A stretch of 64,000 nt of DNA from an uncultured Caulobacterales bacterium (GCA_903858685.1 CAIOJR010000217.1:2707-66706), one strand, 5' to 3'; positions 37,112 to 47,037 are shown, counted from the stretch's first letter. The notes: generated by a model from the letters alone, not told the origin. Numbers and translations are program-made.

Positions 37112-37951
37112 TCAGCCCTGCGTGAGCTTGCCGCTGAGTTCGGCCACCTTTAGCTCCGCCTCGCGGGTCTGACCGCCCAGTTCGAGGAACCGCTGCATAT
37201 TGCGGCGGGCATGCGGGGTGCGGGTCAGCTTCTGAAAGAGGTAGCTTTCCTGCGCCAGGCCTTCGGCCAGCGGCCCATCAGCGCCATTGATCGCCTGCTT
37301 GGCCAGGCGAACCGCTTCGATCGGAAATGAGGCGATGCGTTTGGCCAGGTCACTCACAAAGGGTCCGATCTCTTCACTGGGCAGGGCGCGGTTGAGATAC
37401 CCCCAGCGCTCGGCCGTCACGGCGTCCAGATCGACGCCGCCCAGAATGACCTCGATCGCCCGATTTCGACCGATCAGCCTGGGCAGGTTCTGGGTGCCGC
37501 TGCCGCCCGGCAGAATGCCAAGCGGCACTTCCATCTGATTGACGATGGTCTTGCCGATCACGCCAAATCGCATGTCAAAGCTCATGCACAGTTCGCTGCC
37601 GCCACCGCCCAGCCGACCCTCGATCTGAGCAATCGTCACCTTGTCCATGGTGCGGAACCGCTCGCACATCGCGTGATAGGCGTTGTTTGCCGCCGCCTCT
37701 CGGGTCGGCTCCGGTTCGGTGGGAAAGTCGAGAATGGCGGCGACGTCAAAATGGGCGAGGAAGAAGTCCGGATCTGCGCTCTTGAGAACAAATACCAGAG
37801 CATCCGGATCCGCCGCCAATTCCTGCGACAATTTCAACAATTCGCCATAGAGGGCCAGGGTGATCACATTGATCGGGGGTGCGTCCACCGTAGCGGTCAC
37901 GATCGGTCCATCGACCTCAATCCGGATCAGACGATAGTCTTCATAGGCCAT
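37112..37951 (-). CDS. Enoyl-CoA hydratase/isomerase (crotonase) family protein
   Basis: 279 aa with a crotonase-fold pattern (VFVLKSADPDFFLAHFD ... IAQIEGRLGGGGSELCMSFDMRF). Confidence 0.8.
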   Translation of the reverse strand: MAYEDYRLIRIEVDGPIVTATVDAPPINVITLALYGELLKLSQELAADPDALVFVLKSADPDFFLAHFDVAAILDFPTEPEPTREAAANNAYHAMCERFRTMDKVTIAQIEGRLGGGGSELCMSFDMRFGVIGKTIVNQMEVPLGILPGGSGTQNLPRLIGRNRAIEVILGGVDLDAVTAERWGYLNRALPSEEIGPFVSDLAKRIASFPIEAVRLAKQAINGADGPLAEGLAQESYLFQKLTRTPHARRNMQRFLELGGQTREAELKVAELSGKLTQG

Positions 37952-38078
37952 GGCGCTCCCCTTCCCTTTCGGCGAGCTTAGCCGGTTGCTTCATGCCCGC
38001 AATGGGTCGATTGCAGCGCACCGAGACGACAGCCCTGGCGACCCCAAAGGGCTCAGACTGGTCCCCGAATGCTCCCGG

Positions 38079-38951
38079 TCATGCGGCCAGAGGCGGGGCG
38101 AAGGTCGCGCGCCAGCGGTTCAGCTTGTCGCTGTTATCGTGGTCCCAGGGGTGGAAGTTCGGGCGGAACCAGTCCCAGTAGGCTGTCCAGCTCTTGCGGA
38201 ACAGGCCCGGCTTGCCGAACAGGTAGTTCAGCACCGACAGATGCGCCTTCCACGACCCCATGCCGTCGGCCATCAACAGCTTGGCCGAATAGCGGCAGAT
38301 GTTGGAGGTGAAGAAGATCGTGGAGATCACCATGATCCGCACGCGCATGCGGTAGCGCTTTACGGGCGACCAGTCCCTTGTCGCCTCGCGCCAGACATCG
38401 AAGGCGACGGCCTTGTGCTCGCTCTCCTCCATGGCGTGCCACTGCCACAGGCGAACCAGATCCTCCGGCACGCCGGCCCAGAAGTCCGGCGCGTCGAGAA
38501 ACATGTCGGCCATCATGGCGGTGAAATGCTCCAGCGCGATGGTCACGCCCAGCATGGCCATCGGCCCGCGGCCGCGCAGGAACTCCAGGCGGCTGCGCAT
38601 CTCGGTCTCGATCGCGTCAATCGGATAGTGGCCGCGGTCGAGACCCGCGTTCAGCCCTACATGCTCCCGGGAATGGATCGCCTCCTGGGCGATGAAGGCG
38701 CGCGCCTCCGCCAGCAGCTTGCCGGACAGCTGATCGCGATAGTTTCGCACCGCATCCATAAACAGCCGCTCCCCGTCCGGAAAGGTCATGGACAGGGCGT
38801 TGAAGACGGCTGTCGCCACCGGGTCGCCGCCCATCCAGGGCCGACCATGGGAAGCAGTCGTGTCAAAGCGGATGTCCCGCGGGGTGATCGTGTGGTCGGC
38901 GGGTGCGCGCATTGTATCGGCGGGGGTCATGGGCGTATGTCCATACTGCAT
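38079..38951 (-). CDS. Predicted metal-dependent hydrolase (Metal_hydrol/PF10118-like)
   Basis: 290 aa with QEAIHSREH and AMEESEHKAVAFDV motifs. The antisense 338-aa ORF is Arg/Gly-rich and was rejected. Confidence 0.7.
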   Translation of the reverse strand: MQYGHTPMTPADTMRAPADHTITPRDIRFDTTASHGRPWMGGDPVATAVFNALSMTFPDGERLFMDAVRNYRDQLSGKLLAEARAFIAQEAIHSREHVGLNAGLDRGHYPIDAIETEMRSRLEFLRGRGPMAMLGVTIALEHFTAMMADMFLDAPDFWAGVPEDLVRLWQWHAMEESEHKAVAFDVWREATRDWSPVKRYRMRVRIMVISTIFFTSNICRYSAKLLMADGMGSWKAHLSVLNYLFGKPGLFRKSWTAYWDWFRPNFHPWDHDNSDKLNRWRATFAPPLAA

Positions 38952-38972
38952 CTGTCATCAAACTAGGCACTA

Positions 38973-39605
38973 ATGACAAAAATGTCAATAGACGCGATTT
39001 CGTCGTCCCCGCGACAGCGCCGGTCTCCGGAGGCCGCGCGAGAGAATATCCTGAACGCGGCGCAGATCCTGCTGGTCGAACAAGGGCCGCAGACCCTGAA
39101 ACTGGTCGAGGTCGCCCGCGCCGCCGGGATCTCAAACGCCACGGTTCTCCACTATTTCGGCACGGTGGCCGAACTGCAGACGGCGTTGATGACCAAGATG
39201 ATCGAGAAACTGGTCGCCGACATCATCGAGATCTCCGCCCGCACCGAGGATCACGGCCAGATGGCGGGGGAGAGTACGGCCGCTCTGTTCGACGCCTTCG
39301 AGGCCCGGGGCGTGGCCCGCCTCGCGGCCTGGCTGGAGCTGACCGGCGAGTCCCGCCGCCTGACCCTCGTGCGCGAAGCCGTTCGGACGGTAATCGCCAC
39401 CCGCGCTGACCAGCCCAGCGGGGCGCCGCCGGAGATACTGGAGGACTTCATCCTCACCAATATCAGTATCGCCCTGGGAGTTGGCCTGTTCGGCGCGACC
39501 TTGAGCATGTTGCTCGACAAACCGCAAACCCGTGCCCGCGACCTCGCGCTAGCCCTGCTGCAGGGCCGGATCACCGAAACGATGGCGGGGTTGGGAAGGG
39601 AATAA
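38973..39605 (+). CDS. TetR-family transcriptional regulator
   Basis: 210 aa with HTH LKLVEVARAAGISNATVLHYFGTVAELQ. It is divergent from the hydrolase gene with only a 21-nt gap. Confidence 0.85.
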   Translation: MTKMSIDAISSSPRQRRSPEAARENILNAAQILLVEQGPQTLKLVEVARAAGISNATVLHYFGTVAELQTALMTKMIEKLVADIIEISARTEDHGQMAGESTAALFDAFEARGVARLAAWLELTGESRRLTLVREAVRTVIATRADQPSGAPPEILEDFILTNISIALGVGLFGATLSMLLDKPQTRARDLALALLQGRITETMAGLGRE

Positions 39606-39773
39606 GGGACAAAAGGAGCACTGTCAGACCAAGCGCGCCAATAACCTGCATCTCTGTCTGGCGCACGCAATATCCAACACCCTGGGCGTCGCGCACGGTT
39701 TTCGGCTTCAAAAGGCTGATCGAAGGCTCATGAGCGGCTCAACGCGAAGATCGCTGGCCGCGCAACCGGCGGG

Positions 39774-40132
39774 CTAAGGCCCGGTCGGGATGGCGAGGAT
39801 GGGCATCTCATTGCCGAAGTACATGTATTCGCGGTCGACGAAGATCGTCGGTGAGCCGAAGGCGCCGCGGTCAATCGCCTCCTGCGTGTTGGCGCGAAGG
39901 CGATCCTTGCAGTCCTGCGCCGACGCGGCCCGCGCCAAGGCGGCGCCGTCCGCTGGATCATGGTCGATGATCGCCGGGATACGGCTGTTCGGACTGACGG
40001 CCAGGAATTACGGCTTGAACTGGTCGCCCTTGCCGATGTTGATCCAGCGCACCTTGCAGGCCATGTCGCACTTCTCCAGCATGGTGGAGATCTTCCAGCC
40101 GTTAGGCGTTGGGCGGTGAATAGCTCGATCAT
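39774..40132 (-). pseudogene. Chimeric remnant: yfcG-like glutathione S-transferase N-terminus fused to the C-terminus of a DsbA-like 2-hydroxychromene-2-carboxylate isomerase
   Basis: My translation reads MIELFTA, then a 1-bp loss in the G-run at 40111-40113. Restoring it gives PTPNGWKISTMLEKCDMACKVRWINIGKGDQFKP, followed by an in-frame TAA at 40008-40010 where Glu is expected, then FLAVSPNSRIPAIIDHDPADG. The sequence then switches abruptly to DCKDRLRANTQEAIDRGAFGSPTIFVDREYMYFGNE and ends at the TAG at 39774-39776. Confidence 0.7.
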
Positions 40133-40504
40133 GCCGCGGCTTCCCAGCGCCGAAACGGCCGCGATATCAGCCCATCAACGCAAATAAAATCAACAAAAAC
40201 AGTGTTTTCCTGAAGTTTTCAGAACGCTTATGGCGCCAATCCTTCGCGATTTTTGCAGATTGCAGCTTCGATGTGCCAGCACCATATTGTCTTAGGAGCC
40301 TGATATGCCCTTCTAAGCATCATGCTCGAACCCGATGGTCTTGGGGGTCTCAGCCTGCCCCGTGGAAACCCAAAGGCCGCCGCGTATTGCAGAGTTATTC
40401 CATCTTCGCCGAATCGCCTGGGCGCGTAACCTCTGCGACGCGGTCTTCGTATTGAGCGTTAAAACCGCAACAGCGGCCCATCTTGTGTCCGACAGGATCT
40501 TACA

Positions 40505-42661
40505 TTGCTGACTGCCGAAGCTCCGGGGCCTGCCGATGGCCGCCTTCCGCCTGCCACCCGCACGATCCTGCTACAGGGGGATTCCGCGCTCGCAAAACGG
40601 CAGGAAATACTGAATTATTTCCACAGGACGTTCGACCTTTACGAGCGCCTTTTCGATTGTATCTCAGACGAACGGGGCTTTTACGCGAAGGCCATTCCGC
40701 TTCGCCACCCGCTGATCTTCTACTTCGGCCATACGGCGGCGTTCTTCATCAACAAGCTGCTTGCAGACGGGCAGATCTCGGAACGGATCGATGCGGCGAT
40801 CGAGGCCCAGGTCGCCATTGGCGTCGACGAGATGAGCTGGGACGACCTTGATGACCGCAACTATGTATGGCCCACGATTGCCGCACTGAGAGCGTACCGG
40901 GCCGAGGTGCGGGAACGGGTGTCACGGCAGATTCTGTCGATGCCGCTGTCCCTTCCGATCCGATGGGACAGTCCCGCCTGGGTGATCCTGATGGGGATCG
41001 AGCACGAGCGGATTCACCTGGAAACCTCAAGCGTCCTCATTCGCCAGTTACCGCTGGAGTGGGTGCGGGACGATCCAAGCTGGCCCGCCTGCGACCGTGC
41101 GCGTCAGCAGGTCTCAAGCGTGCCGGCGAACCGCCTGCTGCCTGTGTCTGGCGGCGAGGTCGTCTTGGGCAAGCGCGACGCCACCTATGGCTGGGATAAC
41201 GAATATGGCGAGCGAAGGGTGACGCTGGCGCCTTTCGAAGCCTCGGCGATGCTGGTCAGCAATGCCGAATATTTCACCTTTGCAGCGGCTGACGGCTATT
41301 TAGATCGTCGCTGGTGGTCAGATGAGGGCTGGGCCTGGCGGACCTTCGCCGGTGCAACGCGCCCGACCTTCTGGGTGGGCGACATAGAGGAGCCGGGGTC
41401 CCTGAAGCTTCGCCTGATGACCCGGGAAGTCTCCATGCCGTGGGATTGGCCCGTGGAAGTAAATGCATTGGAAGCTCAGGCCTTCTGCCGCTGGAAGTCC
41501 TCGATCACCGGAAGGTCGGTGCAACTGCCCAGTGAGGCGGAATGGGCGGCCCTGCGAAACCGGGTCGCGGGTGATCAACCAGACTGGGAAACCGAGCCGG
41601 GCAATATCAACCTGTCCCGATGGGCCAGTTCCTGTCCTGTCGACATGTTCGCCCAGGGCGACGGCTTCTTCGATATTGTCGGCAATGTCTGGCAGTGGAC
41701 CTCGACGCCGATCAGCGGCCTTGGCGGTTTTGCCGTCCATCCGCGCTATGACGACTTCTCAACGCCCACCTTCGATGGCAAGCATGACCTGATCAAGGGC
41801 GGCAGCTGGATTTCGACGGGCAATCTGGCGCTAGCCTCCGCGCGTTACGCATTCCGCCGTCACTTTTTCCAGCACGCAGGCCTTCGCTACGTCGTGTCCA
41901 GTTACAAAGAGCCCGCCTTGGAAAACCCATACGAAACTGACGAGCAGGTCTGCCAGTACCTGGACTTTCACTATGGAGACGAGCATTTCGGCGTGCCGAA
42001 CTTCCCCCGGGCGCTTTCTGAAATCGCGATGGACTTCTGCCCTGAAGGCGGGCGCGCGCTGGATATTGGCTGCGCTGTCGGCCGGGCGAGCCTGGAACTG
42101 GCCCGGCGGTTCACCCATGTTGACGCCGTGGACTTCTCTGCGCGCTTCATTGACGTGGCCCAGCAACTGGTCGCCAGGGAGAGCTATCGCTACACCCTGC
42201 CGCTCGAGGGGGAGCTTGTGGATTACCATGAGGCCCGCCTTTCTCGGCTCGGCCTTGGCGCGGACGAGGCCAGCCGCGTCCATTTCAGTCAGGGTGACGC
42301 CCTGAACCTGAAACCCAAATATACCGGATACGACCTCATTCTGGCGGCCAACCTGATTGACCGCCTGCGTGAGCCCGCGCAGTTCCTTGCCGAGATCGGA
42401 CGCCGGATCAAGCCCGGCGGGGTTCTGGTTCTGACCTCGCCCTACACCTGGCTCGAGAGTTTCACGCCGCGCGCCAACTGGCTGGGGGGCGTTCGCGAGA
42501 ACGGAGAGGCGGTGACCACCTACAGGGCGCTGCAGCTTGCCCTGGCGGACTGTTTTGAGGAGGCGGCGCCGCCGCGGGACGTGCCATTCGTGATCCGCGA
42601 AACGGCGCGAAAGCATCAACACACCCTGGCGCAGCTCACCGTCTGGCGCCGCCGCGCCTAA
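40505..42661 (+). CDS. ovoA: 5-histidylcysteine sulfoxide synthase / mercaptohistidine methyltransferase (ovothiol biosynthesis)
   Basis: 718 aa with a TTG start. The N-terminal DinB-like part carries LRHPLIFYFGHTAAFFINKL and the iron motif IEHERIHLE (HxxxHxE). A central FGE-sulfatase-like domain carries GNVWQWT. The C-terminal SAM methyltransferase carries ALDIGCAVGRASLEL. Confidence 0.85.
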   Translation: MLTAEAPGPADGRLPPATRTILLQGDSALAKRQEILNYFHRTFDLYERLFDCISDERGFYAKAIPLRHPLIFYFGHTAAFFINKLLADGQISERIDAAIEAQVAIGVDEMSWDDLDDRNYVWPTIAALRAYRAEVRERVSRQILSMPLSLPIRWDSPAWVILMGIEHERIHLETSSVLIRQLPLEWVRDDPSWPACDRARQQVSSVPANRLLPVSGGEVVLGKRDATYGWDNEYGERRVTLAPFEASAMLVSNAEYFTFAAADGYLDRRWWSDEGWAWRTFAGATRPTFWVGDIEEPGSLKLRLMTREVSMPWDWPVEVNALEAQAFCRWKSSITGRSVQLPSEAEWAALRNRVAGDQPDWETEPGNINLSRWASSCPVDMFAQGDGFFDIVGNVWQWTSTPISGLGGFAVHPRYDDFSTPTFDGKHDLIKGGSWISTGNLALASARYAFRRHFFQHAGLRYVVSSYKEPALENPYETDEQVCQYLDFHYGDEHFGVPNFPRALSEIAMDFCPEGGRALDIGCAVGRASLELARRFTHVDAVDFSARFIDVAQQLVARESYRYTLPLEGELVDYHEARLSRLGLGADEASRVHFSQGDALNLKPKYTGYDLILAANLIDRLREPAQFLAEIGRRIKPGGVLVLTSPYTWLESFTPRANWLGGVRENGEAVTTYRALQLALADCFEEAAPPRDVPFVIRETARKHQHTLAQLTVWRRRA

Positions 42662-42669
42662 GCTATCCT

Positions 42670-43977
42670 TCACCTGTCCTTGGACGGCGCGCCAAGCCGG
42701 ATGGGCGCCGTCTCTGCGATCATCAGCATACAGATGACGCCCACGGCCATGGCGCCGGTGATATAGAAGGCGGGCGCAAGCGGGTTATGGCTGATTTCGA
42801 TCAGCCCACGGGCGACAAACTGGGTCGTACCGCCAAAGACAGACATGGCCACGCCATAGAGGGCGCCAAGAAGGCCGGATCGGACGTGTCGTGGCAGGCT
42901 CTCGGTCACGGCGATCAGAGCCGGGCCCGAAATAAGCGCACTCAGGACGCCAAGAATCGCGGTGACGCCGACAATCACGCCAGGCTGCGGGAAACGGTTG
43001 AGGATCATGAAGGCGGGAGCGATCACCAGCACGACGCAGACTGACGCCGCAATCATGACAGGCCGCCGACCAACCCAGTCCGTCAGCATCCCGCACAGAA
43101 CATCGGTCACCACCATGACCAGCCCCAGGACGATCGTCGCGCCAAACGCCAGTCTTACCGACATGTGCAGCGTGTCCTGCGCGTAGGTGTTCATATATTC
43201 AATGCCGTAATAGGCGATGGTGGAGGCTCCCAGCATCAGGACGCCGAGCGCCACGACCCGGAAATGGGCGGAGGCGCGGGTGATCGGCGCTGCGTCCCGG
43301 TGCTTGGCGTGAAAAGTTTCCGGCAAGCGTCTGCGCACTGCAAGTCCGAAGGGAACGATCAACGCCCCCAGCAGGAACGCGACCCGCCAGCCCCAGGCAT
43401 CCAGCACATTGGGGCTCATCATCACGGAGAGGGCGAATCCCACCAGGCCGGCGACCAGTACGGCCAGATCCTGCGTCGCCATCTGGAGGCCAATATAGAG
43501 GCCGCGACGATGTTTCGGCGAGGCTTCCATCAGAAATGCGGTCGAGGGTCCGACCTCCCCGCCGAGGGCGAAGCCCTGCACGAGCCGAAACAGCACCAGC
43601 AGGATGGGCGCGGCAATCCCGATCTGGTCGTATCCCGGAGTCAGGGCCAGGCCGAAGATCGCCACGCCCATCAGCGAAAAGCTCAATATCATGGCCGGTT
43701 TGCGGCCCACCCTGTCGCCATAGGCGCCGAGGATCAAACCGCCCAGCGGACGGGTGATAAAGCCCACGCCGAAGGTGGCCAGCGTATAGAGCAGCCCATG
43801 AGATGTCTGGCTGGCCGGAAAAAACGCATGGCCGATTTGCACGGCGAAGAACGAAAATGACAGAAAGTCATAGAACTCCAAGGCGTTGCCGACGCCTACA
43901 GCGGCAACTTGCGACAATGGCAATGGATCGGCTTCGGTGTCCGCGACGACAGGGCTGTGCGTTGTTGTCGTCGTCAT
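42670..43977 (-). CDS. MFS metabolite:H+ symporter (MHS family)
   Basis: From ORF 42670..44169, with the start at the internal ATG (MTTTTTHSPV...). The motif GNALEFYDFLSFSFFAVQIG is typical of MHS transporters. The longer form would overlap the next gene. Confidence 0.85.
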   Translation of the reverse strand: MTTTTTHSPVVADTEADPLPLSQVAAVGVGNALEFYDFLSFSFFAVQIGHAFFPASQTSHGLLYTLATFGVGFITRPLGGLILGAYGDRVGRKPAMILSFSLMGVAIFGLALTPGYDQIGIAAPILLVLFRLVQGFALGGEVGPSTAFLMEASPKHRRGLYIGLQMATQDLAVLVAGLVGFALSVMMSPNVLDAWGWRVAFLLGALIVPFGLAVRRRLPETFHAKHRDAAPITRASAHFRVVALGVLMLGASTIAYYGIEYMNTYAQDTLHMSVRLAFGATIVLGLVMVVTDVLCGMLTDWVGRRPVMIAASVCVVLVIAPAFMILNRFPQPGVIVGVTAILGVLSALISGPALIAVTESLPRHVRSGLLGALYGVAMSVFGGTTQFVARGLIEISHNPLAPAFYITGAMAVGVICMLMIAETAPIRLGAPSKDR

Positions 43978-44129
43978 TCGCCGAACTCCTCTTTCGAGGC
44001 CGGTCTGACATACTGGTCTGAACTTGCAAACCCTCTTCCGTGCGGCGCCGCCCCCCCCTGACAGAAGGTCGCGCGGTCGTCGCCCCTCTGGCGCCGGCGT
44101 TTCTGACGTGCGGATCAAGAGGAACGGCG

Positions 44130-44735
44130 CTACCAGCGCCGCGCCAGCCAGACTGTCCGTCCGCCACACTGCGGGTCTTCATTGACCTGGGCGACGGGTT
44201 CGAACCGGTTCGCGGCCAGAAGCCGCCGGTATTCCTCTCCGTCAAGGCTTGAATGGTAGAGGGGCTCCCCCTCCAAAGAGCCGATGGCCTCGCCGAATGC
44301 GGGGCCGGACGTGAACATTAACGCGGCGCCAGGGTGCGTATGGGTCTGAAAAGTTCCAAACATCATCCTCTGGTCCTGATGGGAAAGATGGAAGAAACTG
44401 TCCCATGCGATCACGCCGTCGAAGCTCGACGCAAGCGTCAGGCGGCGCATGTCGCAGACCTGGGCAGAGTGATCTGGCAGGTGTGTCTGAAACAGCGAAA
44501 CCATCTCTGGAGCGCTGTCCACTCCGGTCAGAGCATGTCCCTGACCGGCGAGATGGCGGCCGATCGGAACGCCGGAGCCGCAGCCAAGATCCAGGATCGC
44601 CGACCCCGGCGGCAGCAGGGCGAGAAATCGCTCGATCCAGGGCGCCTCGACGAAGTCCGCCGCCTCCCGCGCCGTCGTCCACGCTCGGGCATGGCGGCGG
44701 TAGATGTCGACGATCTGGTCCGCGTACTCACTCAT
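44130..44735 (-). CDS. Class I SAM-dependent methyltransferase
   Basis: 201 aa with motif I ILDLGCGSGVP and the post-I acidic residue in LTGVDSAPEM. Confidence 0.8.
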   Translation of the reverse strand: MSEYADQIVDIYRRHARAWTTAREAADFVEAPWIERFLALLPPGSAILDLGCGSGVPIGRHLAGQGHALTGVDSAPEMVSLFQTHLPDHSAQVCDMRRLTLASSFDGVIAWDSFFHLSHQDQRMMFGTFQTHTHPGAALMFTSGPAFGEAIGSLEGEPLYHSSLDGEEYRRLLAANRFEPVAQVNEDPQCGGRTVWLARRW

Positions 44736-44840
44736 CGATCTATCGCCGGCTCCGTTTGCGACCTCGGCAGTGGGTCGATCGCGCCGGTGAACAGAGAGGT
44801 CCGGACCGCGCTTCGATGTCCGGTCCGAGCCCTTCCCCGA

Positions 44841-46940
44841 TCAGCCGATCATGACCGAGCGGTGCAAAGCTTGCGCCATTGCGGATGACCCGCCGACATA
44901 GACCGTGTGCGGGCCTGACTCCAACAGCCACTGTCGGGTCTGGACATCCCACCAGCGCAGGTCGTCGAATTTGACCTGCAAATGGACAATTCGGGTCTGA
45001 CCGGGCTGCACGCAGGTTCGGCCGAAAGCCTTCAAGAGCTTTTTCGGCCGCTTGGCCTGTATGCCGGGGAAACCGACATAGAGCTGCGTGACTTCTTCAC
45101 CGGCGACGTTTCCGTCATTTCGGACCGCCACTTCGATGTCTAGGCTGTGGTCCAAGCGACGCACCTTCAGGCTTCGATAGCTGAAGGACGTGTAGGAGAG
45201 GCCATGCCCGAAGGGATAGGCGGCTGGCACGCCCCTGTCCTCCAGCAGGGTATAGCCATGCAACGGACCATAATCGATGCTGTCCGCCTCGGCGTCGAAG
45301 AAGGGCAGGTCCGCCTCGTCCTCCGGCACGGTGAAGGGCAGTTTGCCGGACGGACAGACCGCGCCAAGAAGGATATCCGCCAGGGCGCGCCCGCCCTCCA
45401 TGCCATTGTAGAAGGTCTGCAGGATCGCGGGCGCTCGTCCATCCCATTCGGACATGATCACGGCCGACCCGGCGACGACGACGACCACAGTCCTGGGATT
45501 AGCTTCTATGGACGCCTCGATCAGCGCGACCTGGTCCGGAGACAACCGCAGAGACTTGCGATCACCGCCAAGCCCCGCCCGCAGCCCTTCGGAGGGCTTT
45601 GCCTCATCATCCAGCGGAATGTCGCCGGGAATGTATTCTCCTTCGTCCCTTAGTGTGTAGCCTACCACGACTATGGCGACATCGGCGCCCCTGGCGGCTA
45701 CGGCCGCCGCCGCCAAGTCTGTCTCATCGCCCGTTGTCACCTGGGCGTCCGGGCCCAGCGCATCGGTGATCCCGGCGAGCGCCGTCACCACATAGGGCGG
45801 GAAGACGCGCGAGGACCCGCCATCGCCTGTGTTCACCAACCCCGCCAGCCGACCGAGCACGGCGACACGCCGGACCGCTTCGGGTCGCAGCGGCAACAGC
45901 CCGTCATTCTTCAACAGGACAGCGCCCTTGCAGGCCGCCTCATAGGCCAGCTGGCGGTGAGCGTCGCAGGCCACCAGGTCCGGACCATAGTTGCTGAGGG
46001 GATCTTCTGCGCACAGCATCCGGAACTGGGTTTCAAGAATACGGCGGCAGGCCTGATCGATCACCTGAGGCTCGACCTGACCCTTCTCGACCGCCTCCAC
46101 CAGGGATTTGCCAAAGACCAACGGCTCCGGGTTCTCCACATCCAGTCCGGCGCTGGCCCCATAGACCTTGTAGACGCCGCGCACCCAGTCCGAGTGAACA
46201 AAGCCATTGAAACCCCATTCGTCCCGCAGGATGTCGGTCAGAAGATAACGATTCTGACCACAGTATTCGCCATTCACCTTGTTATAGGCGCTCATCACAC
46301 TGGCGCAGCCCGCATCGATGATGCGTTTGAAATGGGGCAGATAGACCTCGCGCAAGGTGCGTTCATCCACCCGCACATCGACCTTGAACCGGGCATTTTC
46401 CATGCTGTTGAGGGCAAAATGCTTCACGCTGGCCACAACATTATGGGACTGGATTCCCTGGGACAGGGCGGCGCCCATTTCACCCAGATGGTGCGGGTCC
46501 TCCCCGTAGGTTTCCTGGGCGCGCCCCCAGGCCGGGTGACGCAGCAGATTGACACAGACGGCGCCGGTCATGGAACGGCCAAGCGCCCTGATCTCCACCC
46601 CCATGGCCTCTCCGATCCGCCGCTCCAAATCCACATCGAAGCTGGCGCCCCGCGCCATCGTCACTGGAAAACAGGTCGATTCTCCGGCGCACACGCCCCT
46701 TGGTCCATCCGTGAAATAGAGGGGAGCAAGCCCAAGCCGCTCACATCCGCCGCCCGCGCGATACGGCTCAGCGCACCAACGGCCCTTGTTGGCCTGATAG
46801 CTCGCAAAGAACCCCTGGCCCGACATCATTTCCACCTTTTCAGCCAGACTCATCGCGCCGATCAGCGCGGCCGCGGCCTGGGTGATTTCAGACGCACTTG
46901 CGCCCTTGGCGGGAGCGGTTGGCAGGTCGGGAAGGTTCAT
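44841..46940 (-). CDS. Glycoside hydrolase family 3 (beta-glucosidase-like)
   Basis: 699 aa with KHFALNSMENARF and GFVHSDW (nucleophile Asp context). The C-terminal region looks FnIII-like. Confidence 0.85.
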   Translation of the reverse strand: MNLPDLPTAPAKGASASEITQAAAALIGAMSLAEKVEMMSGQGFFASYQANKGRWCAEPYRAGGGCERLGLAPLYFTDGPRGVCAGESTCFPVTMARGASFDVDLERRIGEAMGVEIRALGRSMTGAVCVNLLRHPAWGRAQETYGEDPHHLGEMGAALSQGIQSHNVVASVKHFALNSMENARFKVDVRVDERTLREVYLPHFKRIIDAGCASVMSAYNKVNGEYCGQNRYLLTDILRDEWGFNGFVHSDWVRGVYKVYGASAGLDVENPEPLVFGKSLVEAVEKGQVEPQVIDQACRRILETQFRMLCAEDPLSNYGPDLVACDAHRQLAYEAACKGAVLLKNDGLLPLRPEAVRRVAVLGRLAGLVNTGDGGSSRVFPPYVVTALAGITDALGPDAQVTTGDETDLAAAAVAARGADVAIVVVGYTLRDEGEYIPGDIPLDDEAKPSEGLRAGLGGDRKSLRLSPDQVALIEASIEANPRTVVVVVAGSAVIMSEWDGRAPAILQTFYNGMEGGRALADILLGAVCPSGKLPFTVPEDEADLPFFDAEADSIDYGPLHGYTLLEDRGVPAAYPFGHGLSYTSFSYRSLKVRRLDHSLDIEVAVRNDGNVAGEEVTQLYVGFPGIQAKRPKKLLKAFGRTCVQPGQTRIVHLQVKFDDLRWWDVQTRQWLLESGPHTVYVGGSSAMAQALHRSVMIG

Positions 46941-46996
46941 GAATCATCTTTCGTGGAAACGGCGAACGGACGGACCTGCAAAGCCTTCGAACTCTG

Positions 46997-47037
46997 AAAA
47001 TTCTAGATTGCATGGTTATTCTATGCCAGTAGAATTA
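46997..47037. promoter_or_regulatory. Bipartite AT-rich operator candidate, site A: AAAATTCTAG-N9-TTATTCTA, followed by the inverted TAGAATTA
   Basis: The site lies in the divergent region between GH3 (start 46940) and the TIM-barrel gene (start 47275). It has the same 10-mer, the same 8-mer and the same 9-nt spacer as site B at 51847-51873. Confidence 0.5.

Noticed and set aside
37950-38966. 338-aa plus-strand ORF
   Set aside because: It is antisense to the metal-dependent hydrolase gene, which carries HSREH and EESEHK motifs. The rejected ORF is Arg/Gly/His-rich.
43978-44169. Upstream extension of the MHS transporter ORF
   Set aside because: It would overlap the methyltransferase gene by 40 nt and adds an Arg/Gly-rich leader. 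The internal ATG at 43977 gives a normal MFS N-terminus.
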